DNA from: an uncultured Planctomycetia bacterium
GTDB lineage: Bacteria > Omnitrophota > Gorgyraeia > 2-02-FULL-51-18
Direction: 5' to 3'
NCBI GenBank assembly: GCA_964606485.1
Contig: CAZSGP010000003.1
Location: 194,481 to 258,480, forward strand
Length of the DNA stretch: 64,000 bases
Within the stretch, counting starts at the first letter, position 1; the number at the start of each line of letters is the position of its first letter. A program made the translations under genes and the position numbers. This document shows positions 53,473 to 62,707 of this stretch, in pieces. The notes below the pieces were generated by a model. The model was not told the origin of the DNA, did no database searches, and saw only the letters and a list, made by a program, of their open reading frames with translations.

Positions 53473-54880
53473 TAGGGCTCTTAAAAATAGTGAGGATTGT
53501 TTTGAGTAATATCAAGAGATCAAATTGTATTGTCCAGTTTTCGACGTAGTAAAGGTCGAACTTCGTTCGTTCCTCGATTGATGTATTTCCGCGCAGTCCG
53601 TTGACCTGTGCCCAACCGGTAATGCCGGACTTAATCGAGTGGCGCGCCATGTATCGCGGGATGTCCTCCTTAAACTGAGACACGAAATGCGGTCTTTCCG
53701 GCCGCGGTCCAACAAGGCTCATATCTCCTTTTAAAACATTCCAAAACTGTGGAAGCTCATCTAGGTTTAACTTCCGCAGAGCTGTCCCAATGCGAGTGCG
53801 GCGCGGATCGTCTTCCCTGGCCCACACCGGCCCTGTTTGCGCTTCGGCATCGACGCGCATGGTTCGGAATTTAAGGAGATTAAATTTTTTTCCGTCTTCC
53901 CCCACCCGCTGTTGTTTGTAAATCGTGGGTCCTTTGGAATCCAATTTTACAGAAAGCGCCAAAACAACGTAAAGCGGAGAAAGACCGATAAGCGCTATGG
54001 CAGAAACTAAAACATCCATCGCTCTTTTGATAAAACGGTTCTCCCAGTCCGCTAGCGGGGAATCACTAAATGACAAGAGCGGCATGCCTGCTAGATACGA
54101 AACCTTCATCCGTGAGGCAACGAGTCCAAACACATCGGCAATCCAGTGAAACGAAACCATCACCTTTTCGCATTCATAGATCATCCGCAACACTTGATCC
54201 GAAGAAAGGCCTTGGAGCGCCACAACCACTTCGTGAACGTCCCGGTGCGTGCGGATAAAATGCCCCAACTCATCAACCTTTCCCAACACCTCCACACCTT
54301 CCAATTGATGGCCTTTTGGAAGCGAATCATCCAAAAAACCAACGACTCGCGTGCGAAACCGGGGATTGCGCTTGTAAAATAGAAGTAGTTTTTTTGAGAG
54401 AGCATCACAACCCACCACCAACACGTTTCGCTGGGTTCCTCTTTTAGTATCGATCCAAGAAATAAGCATCCCCAATACAAAGCGCGCGAACGAAATTCCC
54501 GACGCAATTACAAGACCAAAAACAGCTAAAAAACCACGAGAAAAACTAAACCCTCTGTAAAAAAACGTTAGCGACATCAGAACAATGAGCGAAGCAATCA
54601 CTGCTTTAAAAATGCTGGAAATTTCCTGGGAAAAACTAATTAGCTTGAGAGGACGATACAAACCGTAATGTCGCAGAAAAAAAATCAAGATGATGGCCGT
54701 AAAATGAAAGGTTTTAAAATAAGGTTCGAAATCAGGCACACCCTTTGACGCCGCGACAAATCCGCTTTCAAAGCGGAACCAGAAACAAAACCAAAGAAAA
54801 AAATAGATGCAGCAGGCATCTACAAAAACCTGCACCCACGGCAAAAAGGAATCTCGCTTTCGGCGGCGCGGTAAAATCAT
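53462..54880 (-). CDS. Polyprenyl-phosphate hexose-1-phosphate transferase (WbaP/bacterial sugar transferase family; initiating enzyme).
   Basis: N-terminal TM bundle. The C-terminal RAMDVLVSAIALIGLSPLY...KPTIYKQQRVGEDGKKFNLLKFRTM...DELPQFWNVLKGDMSLVGPRPE is the WbaP pattern. Confidence 0.8.
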   Translation of the reverse strand: MILPRRRKRDSFLPWVQVFVDACCIYFFLWFCFWFRFESGFVAASKGVPDFEPYFKTFHFTAIILIFFLRHYGLYRPLKLISFSQEISSIFKAVIASLIVLMSLTFFYRGFSFSRGFLAVFGLVIASGISFARFVLGMLISWIDTKRGTQRNVLVVGCDALSKKLLLFYKRNPRFRTRVVGFLDDSLPKGHQLEGVEVLGKVDELGHFIRTHRDVHEVVVALQGLSSDQVLRMIYECEKVMVSFHWIADVFGLVASRMKVSYLAGMPLLSFSDSPLADWENRFIKRAMDVLVSAIALIGLSPLYVVLALSVKLDSKGPTIYKQQRVGEDGKKFNLLKFRTMRVDAEAQTGPVWAREDDPRRTRIGTALRKLNLDELPQFWNVLKGDMSLVGPRPERPHFVSQFKEDIPRYMARHSIKSGITGWAQVNGLRGNTSIEERTKFDLYYVENWTIQFDLLILLKTILTIFKSPNAY

Positions 54881-55968
54881 TCGGAGTTCACTAATCGCCT
54901 GATAACGGCGTTCATTTCGGATTTAAACCGACTTTTCGAAAAACGTGCGGCATTGGCCACGCAAATGTTGGAATCCATATTCATTTTCTCAAAATTTTGA
55001 ATGCATTTTTTTAGAGAGCTTACTTCCAAAGCATCGAAAAATAATCCCGTCTTTTCTGGTAACACTGTTTCAAGTGCCCCTCCCTTACCCAAGGCTAAGA
55101 CCGGGCAACCACAAGCCTGCGCCTCGACTGGGACAATTCCAAAATCTTCTTCACCTGGAAAAAGAAGCGCCTTAGCTTTACGATAATATTCCCGCAAAAC
55201 CTCATCTGGCTGCCAGCCCAAAAAGCGAATCTTTGGTCCGGCCATTTTTTTTAAACTTTCACTTTCAGGCCCATCTCCAATCACGACGAGCGTTTTCCCG
55301 AGATCCATCATAACCTGGATCGCCAAATCCACTCTTTTATACGGCACAAGCGCCGAGACCACAAGATAAAAATCCTCGCGCTGCACGGCCGGGTCAGGGG
55401 TAAAAAAAAGCGTGTCCACCGGCGGATACACAACCTCTGCGGTTCTTCCGTAACAGGACTCTATTCGCTTGCGTATGTGCTGGGAAATGGCCACGAAATG
55501 GTCCACTTTCTGCGCCGTGTGATAGTCCCACCGCCGCAACCAACCCATCACGCCACCGATAAAGAATCGCTTTAAGGGCGACTGCTTAGAAAAATACTCA
55601 TCAAACATGGTCCACGCATAACGCATGGGAGTGAAGCAGTAGCAAAGGTGTTTTGAATTCATTGGCTTTTTAAATGACTTGGCAACGCAGTGGCTCGTCG
55701 ATAGGACTAGATCCGCCTCTTCCCCCCGAAAGGCTCCGATAGCCGCTGGAAAAAGAGGTAGATAATTCCGGTAATGCTTTTGGTGACCGGGAAGTTTTTC
55801 AATAAACGATGTTCGGATTGGATGGCTGGAAAGAAGGTTTGAAATTTTATCTTTCTCGCAGAACAGCGTGTAGATTGGGCTTTGGGGGTGATCTTCGGTA
55901 AGCGCTTCAAGGCACTTTTCACCTCCGCGCATTCCGTTGAGCCAGTCATGCACAAAAGCGATTTTCAT
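54877..55968 (-). CDS. GT4 glycosyltransferase
   Basis: 363 aa. MKIAFVHDWLNGMRGGEK is the GT-B N-terminal domain. The C-terminal ...FPGEEDFGIVPVEAQACGCPV... is the EX7E region. Confidence 0.75.
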   Translation of the reverse strand: MKIAFVHDWLNGMRGGEKCLEALTEDHPQSPIYTLFCEKDKISNLLSSHPIRTSFIEKLPGHQKHYRNYLPLFPAAIGAFRGEEADLVLSTSHCVAKSFKKPMNSKHLCYCFTPMRYAWTMFDEYFSKQSPLKRFFIGGVMGWLRRWDYHTAQKVDHFVAISQHIRKRIESCYGRTAEVVYPPVDTLFFTPDPAVQREDFYLVVSALVPYKRVDLAIQVMMDLGKTLVVIGDGPESESLKKMAGPKIRFLGWQPDEVLREYYRKAKALLFPGEEDFGIVPVEAQACGCPVLALGKGGALETVLPEKTGLFFDALEVSSLKKCIQNFEKMNMDSNICVANAARFSKSRFKSEMNAVIRRLVNSE

Positions 55969-57062
55969 CCGAGTACTTTCGCGTAAACACTTAAGGTCCG
56001 ATTAACGGTCTCATCCCACGTGAATTTTTGGGAATGGGCTAACGCCTGAACCGCTAGTTTTTCACGAAGCGTTGTATCATTTAGAATGCGCTCAATCCGG
56101 GATCCAAGCTCTGATGCATTTTCCGGATCAAAGGTCCACGAAGCATCCGGCACAAGTTCTGGCAAACTGGTTCGATTCGAACAAAGAACGGGTGTCCCGC
56201 ATGTCATCGCTTCGACTACAGGCAGTCCAAAACCTTCAAAAAATGACGGCAAAACAAATAGATCGGCCAAATTGTACAACGGGCAAAGATCTTCGTCTGG
56301 AACTTCTCCAAGATACCGCACAAAAGATTGGGTCTGAATTTGATTTAAAAGCTCTGTTTCCCTCGGGTCTTTTCGCCCCACCACGACAAGTTCGTGCTTT
56401 ATTTTATTATTTTCCCTGAGAGAACGCATCACCTCAATCAGCGCGCCTAAGTTTTTATGCCGCTTTAGACTTCCAACAAACAAAACAAACGGCTGATCAA
56501 GTTTATACCGCTGACGCACCAATGCGAGGCGGCCCGCGTCATTTATTTTATAAAATTGATCCGAGGCAGCCTCCGGAGCAACAAATACCTTATCTGGTTT
56601 TAGAGTCGGGAAACTCAGCAAGAGATCTTTTTTGGTGTATTCCGATACGGTGAGAATAGCATCAGCAGTCCGAGCGATTCTCGCTAGCATTGAAGCCGCA
56701 TAAAACCTTCCGAGCGTGCGCTTAGACGCTTTGGCGTCGTGGTAGTAAATCAGGTCGTGAATAGTCACGACCATTTTTTTGGGGTATACCCATGGCGCAT
56801 TAAAATGCGGAACATGTAGCAAGTCCACTCCGTCGGATTTGAGTGGCAGCTCAATTTGCTCAGATAAACTATAAATATTTGAAAAAAGTGGTTTGAAATT
56901 TTTTGAAGAGAGATCTTTTGGGTAACCCATCAGCAGGAATCGTTCCGGGCTGATTTTTTGGGATAAGCCGCTCGAGAGTTCTCGAATGTAACGCCCGATC
57001 CCCGGATGAGACCACATACGGGCATCAAAACCGATGCGGCCCTTAAAACTCACGGGAGTCAA
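55965..57062 (-). CDS. GT4 glycosyltransferase
   Basis: 365 aa. IGFDARMWSHPGIGRY...LPSFFEGFGLPVVEAMTCGTPV. Confidence 0.75.
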   Translation of the reverse strand: MTPVSFKGRIGFDARMWSHPGIGRYIRELSSGLSQKISPERFLLMGYPKDLSSKNFKPLFSNIYSLSEQIELPLKSDGVDLLHVPHFNAPWVYPKKMVVTIHDLIYYHDAKASKRTLGRFYAASMLARIARTADAILTVSEYTKKDLLLSFPTLKPDKVFVAPEAASDQFYKINDAGRLALVRQRYKLDQPFVLFVGSLKRHKNLGALIEVMRSLRENNKIKHELVVVGRKDPRETELLNQIQTQSFVRYLGEVPDEDLCPLYNLADLFVLPSFFEGFGLPVVEAMTCGTPVLCSNRTSLPELVPDASWTFDPENASELGSRIERILNDTTLREKLAVQALAHSQKFTWDETVNRTLSVYAKVLG

Positions 57063-57154
57063 ACCGATTTTTTTTAATTTTTCTACTCAAAATATCCATC
57101 CCCGGCAACTTTATTCGAGCCGCAGCTTTTGCATAATCCGCATCGGTTTCACCC

Positions 57155-58288
57155 TCAAAATAGATAGTCTTTTAATTTTTCAAATACTTGATCGGGTGTG
57201 ATCATCTCCATGCATGGATGACCTTTTACATTGCATTTCTCAAGACCGCACGGCGAGCAATCCACAGCCCGTCGCAAAACTAAGGCATTATCATACAGCG
57301 GCTTCCATTCATCAAAAAGATTCGTCCCGCTGAATAAAAATAGGGTTGGCGTGTTAAGAGCCGCTGAAATATGAGCGGGACCGGAGTCTGCGCCCATCGT
57401 GACCCGCGAATTCTGCAGCAGAAAGCAAAGCTCTCTCAGCGAGGTTCTTCCGGTTAAATCCGCCACCCGCACATCCAGATTGGCATTTTGAATTTTTTTT
57501 GCTTTTTCAACATTTGACCCAACTAGAAGCACCTGGCAATCTGGGGCGTTTACTCCAATCTTCTGAACCAGAGCGCTAAAATGCTCGACCGGCCATTCCT
57601 TGGCTGTTGAGCCGGCATCAATATGCAAACAAACGGGTTTTGGATTAAATAAAACCCCGCACCTCTGAAATTTCTCTTTAAAAAAATGTGTTTCTTCTTT
57701 TGAAAAATAAATCTGAGGATCAAGAGAACTTGGGTGAACATCTAGAGAGTTAAGAATAAGCTTTATTCGTTCGGTATGGTGGGCTTGTTTGGGGTAATCG
57801 ATCTCTTTAGTCAGCAAAAATCCGCCGCCTGTTGACCCAAAACCAATTCTTTCCTTTGCCCCAATCAGGGTTGCCAGCAGGTTCTCTCTTAAATCCCCTC
57901 TCAAACTGAGCGCTAGATCAATTTTTCGATTTCTCAGCTTTGCCACCGTTTTCAAAAAGTTTATTCTACCTGCGCGCGGGTAACGCTTTCTGGAAAACCA
58001 GGGGGCGTCATATATAAAAAGCTCGTCAATAAACAAATTGTTTTCTAAAAGCGGCGCCGACCAACTGGCCGCTAAAAAATGAATTCGGGCTTTAGGAAAA
58101 TATTCTTTTAGAATTTTTGGCAGAGCGGTTGCAGGAAGCATATCCCCCACGTGATCGAGGCGGATAATGAGGATATTTTTATAACGCGTATGCTTCGGCT
58201 TTGGAAGCCATTTCATCCAGCTTCCGAGCGCATCAATAACCGAGGCGGCTATTCGGTTTCTGCGCTTTTTAAAAACGTATTCACTCAT
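57155..58288 (-). CDS. ADP-heptose:LPS heptosyltransferase (GT9)
   Basis: 377 aa. ILIIRLDHVGDMLPATALPKIL...GADSGPAHISAA. Confidence 0.7.
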   Translation of the reverse strand: MSEYVFKKRRNRIAASVIDALGSWMKWLPKPKHTRYKNILIIRLDHVGDMLPATALPKILKEYFPKARIHFLAASWSAPLLENNLFIDELFIYDAPWFSRKRYPRAGRINFLKTVAKLRNRKIDLALSLRGDLRENLLATLIGAKERIGFGSTGGGFLLTKEIDYPKQAHHTERIKLILNSLDVHPSSLDPQIYFSKEETHFFKEKFQRCGVLFNPKPVCLHIDAGSTAKEWPVEHFSALVQKIGVNAPDCQVLLVGSNVEKAKKIQNANLDVRVADLTGRTSLRELCFLLQNSRVTMGADSGPAHISAALNTPTLFLFSGTNLFDEWKPLYDNALVLRRAVDCSPCGLEKCNVKGHPCMEMITPDQVFEKLKDYLF

Positions 58289-59406
58289 ACTCCCTCAGAA
58301 CAACACTCAAGGAGAGTGTCCAAAATTCGTTGCGATGCCATTCCGTCTCCAAACGGATTGGCCCATGTTCTGGGTTTAGAGAGCATTTGGTTGGCTTTTT
58401 GTATAATTCCGCTAGCGCTATATCCACTCACCGCATTAGCCCCAACTTTTATTGTTTCGGGCCTCTCGGTAGTGGAGCGAATCGTCACACACGGTACTTT
58501 TAGAATACAAGCCTCTTCTTGCACGCCGCCCGAGTCGGTAAAAATAATTTCGGCGTTTTTTTCGTGCCATAAAAAATCCAAAAAACCCATCGGTTCTACC
58601 GCGCTAAAATAACGTTCATCGAGTTTTATTTTAAAGGTCTCGAGCCTTTGACGAGTGCGTGGATGCACAGGAAAAATCATCCGAATCTTCTGCTTCTTGG
58701 CAACCGTTTCAAGCACATGGATCACACGCGAAAGCCGCTCCTTGCGGTCCACGCTTTCAGGCCGGTGCAAAGTAACCAAAGCAAAGGGTTTTTTTGTTTT
58801 ATGGCGCACTTTTTTTTGGGCAATCGCCATGTTCTCCATCACCGCGTCTACAATGGTATTGCCGGTAACTTCAATGCGCTTTTCTTTTAATTTTTCCTTG
58901 AGCAGGTTTTTGCGGGCCATTTCGGTCGGCGCAAACAATACATGAGACAAACGGTCCGTCGCCACACGGTTACGTTCTTCGGGCATGTTGTTATCATAAC
59001 TTCTTAATCCCGCTTCTACATGTCCAACAACGATTCCTCCAATTTCGCGAGCGGCCATCGCTCCGGCCAACACTGTATCGGTGTCCCCTTGAACCAAAAT
59101 GGCCTTGGGCAGTTCTTTTTGCAAAACGCCAATTACATTTTTTTTGATTGCCCGAACAAGCTCAGAGTGACGATTAGCGCCAATACCGGACGGACGCGTG
59201 AACTGGTAGTGCGGCTGCGGGAGTTTTAAATCTTTAAAAAATTGCGCATCCATATTGCGCGAATAATGCTGGCCAGTATGAATAAGAATGTAGGGCTGTT
59301 CTTTTTTATTTTTTTCAAGGAGCCTTAGAATCGCGCTGAGCTTCACGATTTCAGGACGAGTTCCTAAAATAACCGCTATTGGGGATTTTTTATTTTTGAG
59401 TTTCAT
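58285..59406 (-). CDS. wecB: UDP-N-acetylglucosamine 2-epimerase (non-hydrolysing)
   Basis: 373 aa. IAVILGTRPEIVKLSAILRLL...HVEAGLRS...TDSGGVQEE. Confidence 0.85.
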   Translation of the reverse strand: MKLKNKKSPIAVILGTRPEIVKLSAILRLLEKNKKEQPYILIHTGQHYSRNMDAQFFKDLKLPQPHYQFTRPSGIGANRHSELVRAIKKNVIGVLQKELPKAILVQGDTDTVLAGAMAAREIGGIVVGHVEAGLRSYDNNMPEERNRVATDRLSHVLFAPTEMARKNLLKEKLKEKRIEVTGNTIVDAVMENMAIAQKKVRHKTKKPFALVTLHRPESVDRKERLSRVIHVLETVAKKQKIRMIFPVHPRTRQRLETFKIKLDERYFSAVEPMGFLDFLWHEKNAEIIFTDSGGVQEEACILKVPCVTIRSTTERPETIKVGANAVSGYSASGIIQKANQMLSKPRTWANPFGDGMASQRILDTLLECCSEGV

Positions 59407-60469
59407 TTTTAAATATTTCGATCATTTGTCTCGCACATCGCGTATTGGAAAAAAGCTTGGAGCGCTCCAGCGCCGCGCTGCCAAGCCGGTGCCGCAGCGG
59501 CGTGTCGTATGCGAACCGATTCATTGAATCGGCGATCTGCTCAACATTTTCAGGGTCAACCAAAAGCGCTGTATCCCCCGCAACCTCAGGCAATGAAGTT
59601 CGATCAGCGCAAATGCCGCTTAGCCCGCAGCGCATCGCCTCAAGGACCGGAAGGCCAAAACCTTCGTAAAGCGAAATTGTAGCATATCCCAAAGCGGCGT
59701 TGTAAAGCGCCACCAGGTCGTTTTGCGGCGCATAACCTATCAGATGAACATCTTTCCCCAGCTTTTCTTTTTCTATATATCCTCTAAGAGCTGCCTCGGC
59801 AGGACCGCTTTTTCCGATCACTAAAAGTGAGAAGGAATTCTGCCCTTTCTTCCTCAGAATGGAATAGGCTTGCAATAGACGCATGTGGTTTTTACGCGGC
59901 TCTAAAGTGCTCACGCTAATTAGAAATGGCTTTTTTAAACCGTATCGTTCTAAAACTGAAAAAATTTGACGCTCATCCTCTATCCTTTGAAAAGACTCGT
60001 CGGCACCCAGCGGAACAACGCTGACTCTTGAGGCTGGTATTTTTAAAAAACGCTCAATGTCTCGGCGCGTCGACTCGGAGCTCGCCACAACCCGGCGCGC
60101 GCGCTTGAGGGCTGCGGGAAGCCAGGTTGACCAATAAAAACTGGAGGCTTTTCCCTGGTTTCCCGGAAAAGCCATCCCTATAAGGTCGTGCACGGTCACT
60201 ACACCCGGAACCGGGCTATAAAAAGGCGGCGCAAATCCTGGGCTATACAAAAGGTCTGGCTTGTCCCGCAAAACCTTCAGTGGAAGCTGCACTGATTCCC
60301 ACAATATTCGCCGCGGCGTGTTTAGCTGGACATCCTTCGGTGTGTACGGCAAAAAGCGAATTTCCGGCGCCTCTTTAATCATTGCTTCATATATATTTTT
60401 TGCGGCAACGCCAATACCCGTTTTCTGCGCGATAATCGATGAAGCGTCAACTCCGATTGTTAACGGCAC
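59390..60469 (-). CDS. GT4 glycosyltransferase
   Basis: IGVDASSIIAQKTGIGV...SLYEGFGLPVLEAMRCGLSG. The start is re-set to an in-frame GTG (60467-60469). The listed Met at 60580 would overlap the methyltransferase gene by 121 nt. Confidence 0.65.
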   Translation of the reverse strand: MPLTIGVDASSIIAQKTGIGVAAKNIYEAMIKEAPEIRFLPYTPKDVQLNTPRRILWESVQLPLKVLRDKPDLLYSPGFAPPFYSPVPGVVTVHDLIGMAFPGNQGKASSFYWSTWLPAALKRARRVVASSESTRRDIERFLKIPASRVSVVPLGADESFQRIEDERQIFSVLERYGLKKPFLISVSTLEPRKNHMRLLQAYSILRKKGQNSFSLLVIGKSGPAEAALRGYIEKEKLGKDVHLIGYAPQNDLVALYNAALGYATISLYEGFGLPVLEAMRCGLSGICADRTSLPEVAGDTALLVDPENVEQIADSMNRFAYDTPLRHRLGSAALERSKLFSNTRCARQMIEIFKNETQK

Positions 60470-61086
60470 AGAATCCCCATCAACATCAAGGGTCGCTTCA
60501 TCAAAAAATTCCGTTTCGTACGAATCGAATAATAGGCTTTCATTTCCAGGCTTCCGAGGCCTTTTAAAATTTTTTTCCACTGCGCAGTCGTCATTAGACG
60601 CTCATCCCCAAAATCTTTATGTTTGTAGGCGGCGCCCGGAACACTGAAAATAAATGTTTTACTTACCCGCAAAACCTCCCGACAACTCTGACGAATCTGG
60701 TCGTCGCTCATATGCTCAAGCACTCCCTGAGAAAAAGAGAGATCAAAAGCGTCATCACTAAAACCAAGACTCAAAAGATCCTGATTCGAAAAATCAACTT
60801 TGGCTTTCCACTGATTCGCCGTCTCTGCCGCGTGTCTTAAAACTTTTTCATCCCGATCACAAGCGGTAACCTTGATACCCGTCATCGATAAAAAAATCGA
60901 CATAATTGCGGAACCACAGCCAGCCTCCATTGCCGTTTCAGGTTTTAAGCGGAAAATTTCCTTTAAGAAATCCTTATGAATACTGATGTGATCCAGCAAA
61001 TAATCAGCATTGCCGGATCCTGCATAAAAATCTCCCCACCCTGTCCGAACACTCATCGAGCAGCTCCCTCCCATTTTTTTATCCAA
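60460..61086 (-). CDS. Class I SAM-dependent methyltransferase
   Basis: 208 aa. Motif I EAGCGSAIMSIFLSMTGIKVTACD and the post-I acidic residue are present. It is embedded in the glycosyltransferase cluster. Confidence 0.6.
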   Translation of the reverse strand: MDKKMGGSCSMSVRTGWGDFYAGSGNADYLLDHISIHKDFLKEIFRLKPETAMEAGCGSAIMSIFLSMTGIKVTACDRDEKVLRHAAETANQWKAKVDFSNQDLLSLGFSDDAFDLSFSQGVLEHMSDDQIRQSCREVLRVSKTFIFSVPGAAYKHKDFGDERLMTTAQWKKILKGLGSLEMKAYYSIRTKRNFLMKRPLMLMGILCR

Positions 61087-61784
61087 CGCACAAACTCATA
61101 GTATGACGACAGGACTGCGTAAAGAAATCCTTCAAGGCCATCCCTAAACCCCGCCCTCCATATATAGATACTCCAAAAACGCGCCAAAGGCCTCAGCCAG
61201 TCAAGACCTCTAACCGTATTTTTCAAGGGGCACTGCTTAGCTTCAATCGATGTATAGAGCTGCAGCTTCTTCAAGTGCTCGCCAATTGTCTGGAATGAGC
61301 GGTGGCTTAGAGTTTCACGAAGTTCGTGAATCTCACCTTTCACCAATACAATTTCATGCACAGGATTTTGAAAAGAAGCGAGATTCTTTTGAAACAATCT
61401 CACCGGGGCGTCCGATTGCAGGCCGGACGCCTTAAAATCACGTCCAAAAAAATTGGTCTTACGGCGAACACGGTAGGCTGCGATGTCTTTCTTTTTTATT
61501 TTACTTTTTATTTCATCCGCTAAAGCGGTCGACACAACTTCATCCGCATCAACCGAAAATATCCAATCTCCCGACGCTTGCGAAACAGCAAAATTTTTTT
61601 GGGACGCAAAGTTATCAAAAGTCCTCGTCATCACTTTTGATGTGAAGTGCCGAGCCAACTCGATCGTACAATCAGAACTTCCGGAATCCACCACCACAAT
61701 CTCATCCGCAAATGACAACGCTCCGAGACACATTTTGATGTTTTTCTCTTCGTTTTTGGTAATCACCACAGCCGAAAGCATCAA
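61053..61784 (-). CDS. GT2 glycosyltransferase, WaaE/KdtX-like (paralog 3 of 3)
   Basis: LSAVVITKNEEKNIKMCLGALSFADEIVVVDSGSSDCTIELA...VDADE. Confidence 0.7.
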   Translation of the reverse strand: MMLSAVVITKNEEKNIKMCLGALSFADEIVVVDSGSSDCTIELARHFTSKVMTRTFDNFASQKNFAVSQASGDWIFSVDADEVVSTALADEIKSKIKKKDIAAYRVRRKTNFFGRDFKASGLQSDAPVRLFQKNLASFQNPVHEIVLVKGEIHELRETLSHRSFQTIGEHLKKLQLYTSIEAKQCPLKNTVRGLDWLRPLARFWSIYIWRAGFRDGLEGFLYAVLSSYYEFVRWIKKWEGAAR

Positions 61785-62707
61785 ATCACCTCCGAAAGCT
61801 CAAAAATCTGACGGTCAGATAAAACTTTTTTTCCTGAATGCGAGAATCGCTTAACAATCGACTTTGGAAGCCTACCTAACGCCCAAAAAAATCCCCACAT
61901 AAACTCATAGCGCCCTTTTAGCAAAAAATATAAGGGCCTTGGAGCTAGCCAAACCAGATGCCAAAACCACAAAACAGGGCTCGTAATGTTTTTCCACATA
62001 AATAAATAAAGATTTCGCTGATTGATGGCTAAGAGTCTGGAGCGGCTAAAATTTTTTTTAAAAGTTGCCTGTCCTTTATGAAAAACTAGGCTTTTTGGTT
62101 CGTAGTAACCGGCGTACCCCGCCTTCCAGGCACGAAAACACAAATCACAGTCCTCTACGGTGCCCGGCAAATACAAATCATCAAACCCACCCAACTCAAG
62201 AAAAATGCTGCGCCTAAATGCGCCAAAACCTGCCTGCATCGTGGGCCCTGCAATATCGATCTTTGCTTCATAACCCGGAAAACGGCTTTCTGACTTTAAA
62301 AGTCCGGCTCGAAAGCTCATTTTAGACAAGCTGCCCTCGTATTGCGCTCCGTCGAAGGTGAAAGCTTTTGGTGCTGCCAAAAAAGCATTCGGATACCTCT
62401 CAAAAACCTGAATGAGTGGCTGCAGAAAATTAGCGTCCACTTTTAAATCATTGTTAAGCAGCAAAACCACATCAGCGGAGCTTTTTTTTACAGCTTCGTT
62501 AAATGAACATAGCACTCGGTTCGGAGAAACAACCACGCGCGCTTGCGGAAATTGTTTATTTAAAATTTCTAGGCTATTGTCGGTGCTTGAATTATCAATA
62601 ACCGTAAGTAGGCAGCCGGAATTTCTAGCGGCTTGAATCAAAGACGGCAGGCATTCAACGAGAAGATCGCTGCCGTTGTAGTTAAGAACGAAAATCTCAG
62701 CGGTCAC
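61781..62707 (-). CDS. GT2 glycosyltransferase
   Basis: 308 aa. IFVLNYNGSDLLVECLPSL...LLLNNDLKVD...GGFDDLYLPGTVEDCDLCFR is the GT2 DxD/ED pattern. Confidence 0.7.
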   Translation of the reverse strand: MTAEIFVLNYNGSDLLVECLPSLIQAARNSGCLLTVIDNSSTDNSLEILNKQFPQARVVVSPNRVLCSFNEAVKKSSADVVLLLNNDLKVDANFLQPLIQVFERYPNAFLAAPKAFTFDGAQYEGSLSKMSFRAGLLKSESRFPGYEAKIDIAGPTMQAGFGAFRRSIFLELGGFDDLYLPGTVEDCDLCFRAWKAGYAGYYEPKSLVFHKGQATFKKNFSRSRLLAINQRNLYLFMWKNITSPVLWFWHLVWLAPRPLYFLLKGRYEFMWGFFWALGRLPKSIVKRFSHSGKKVLSDRQIFELSEVI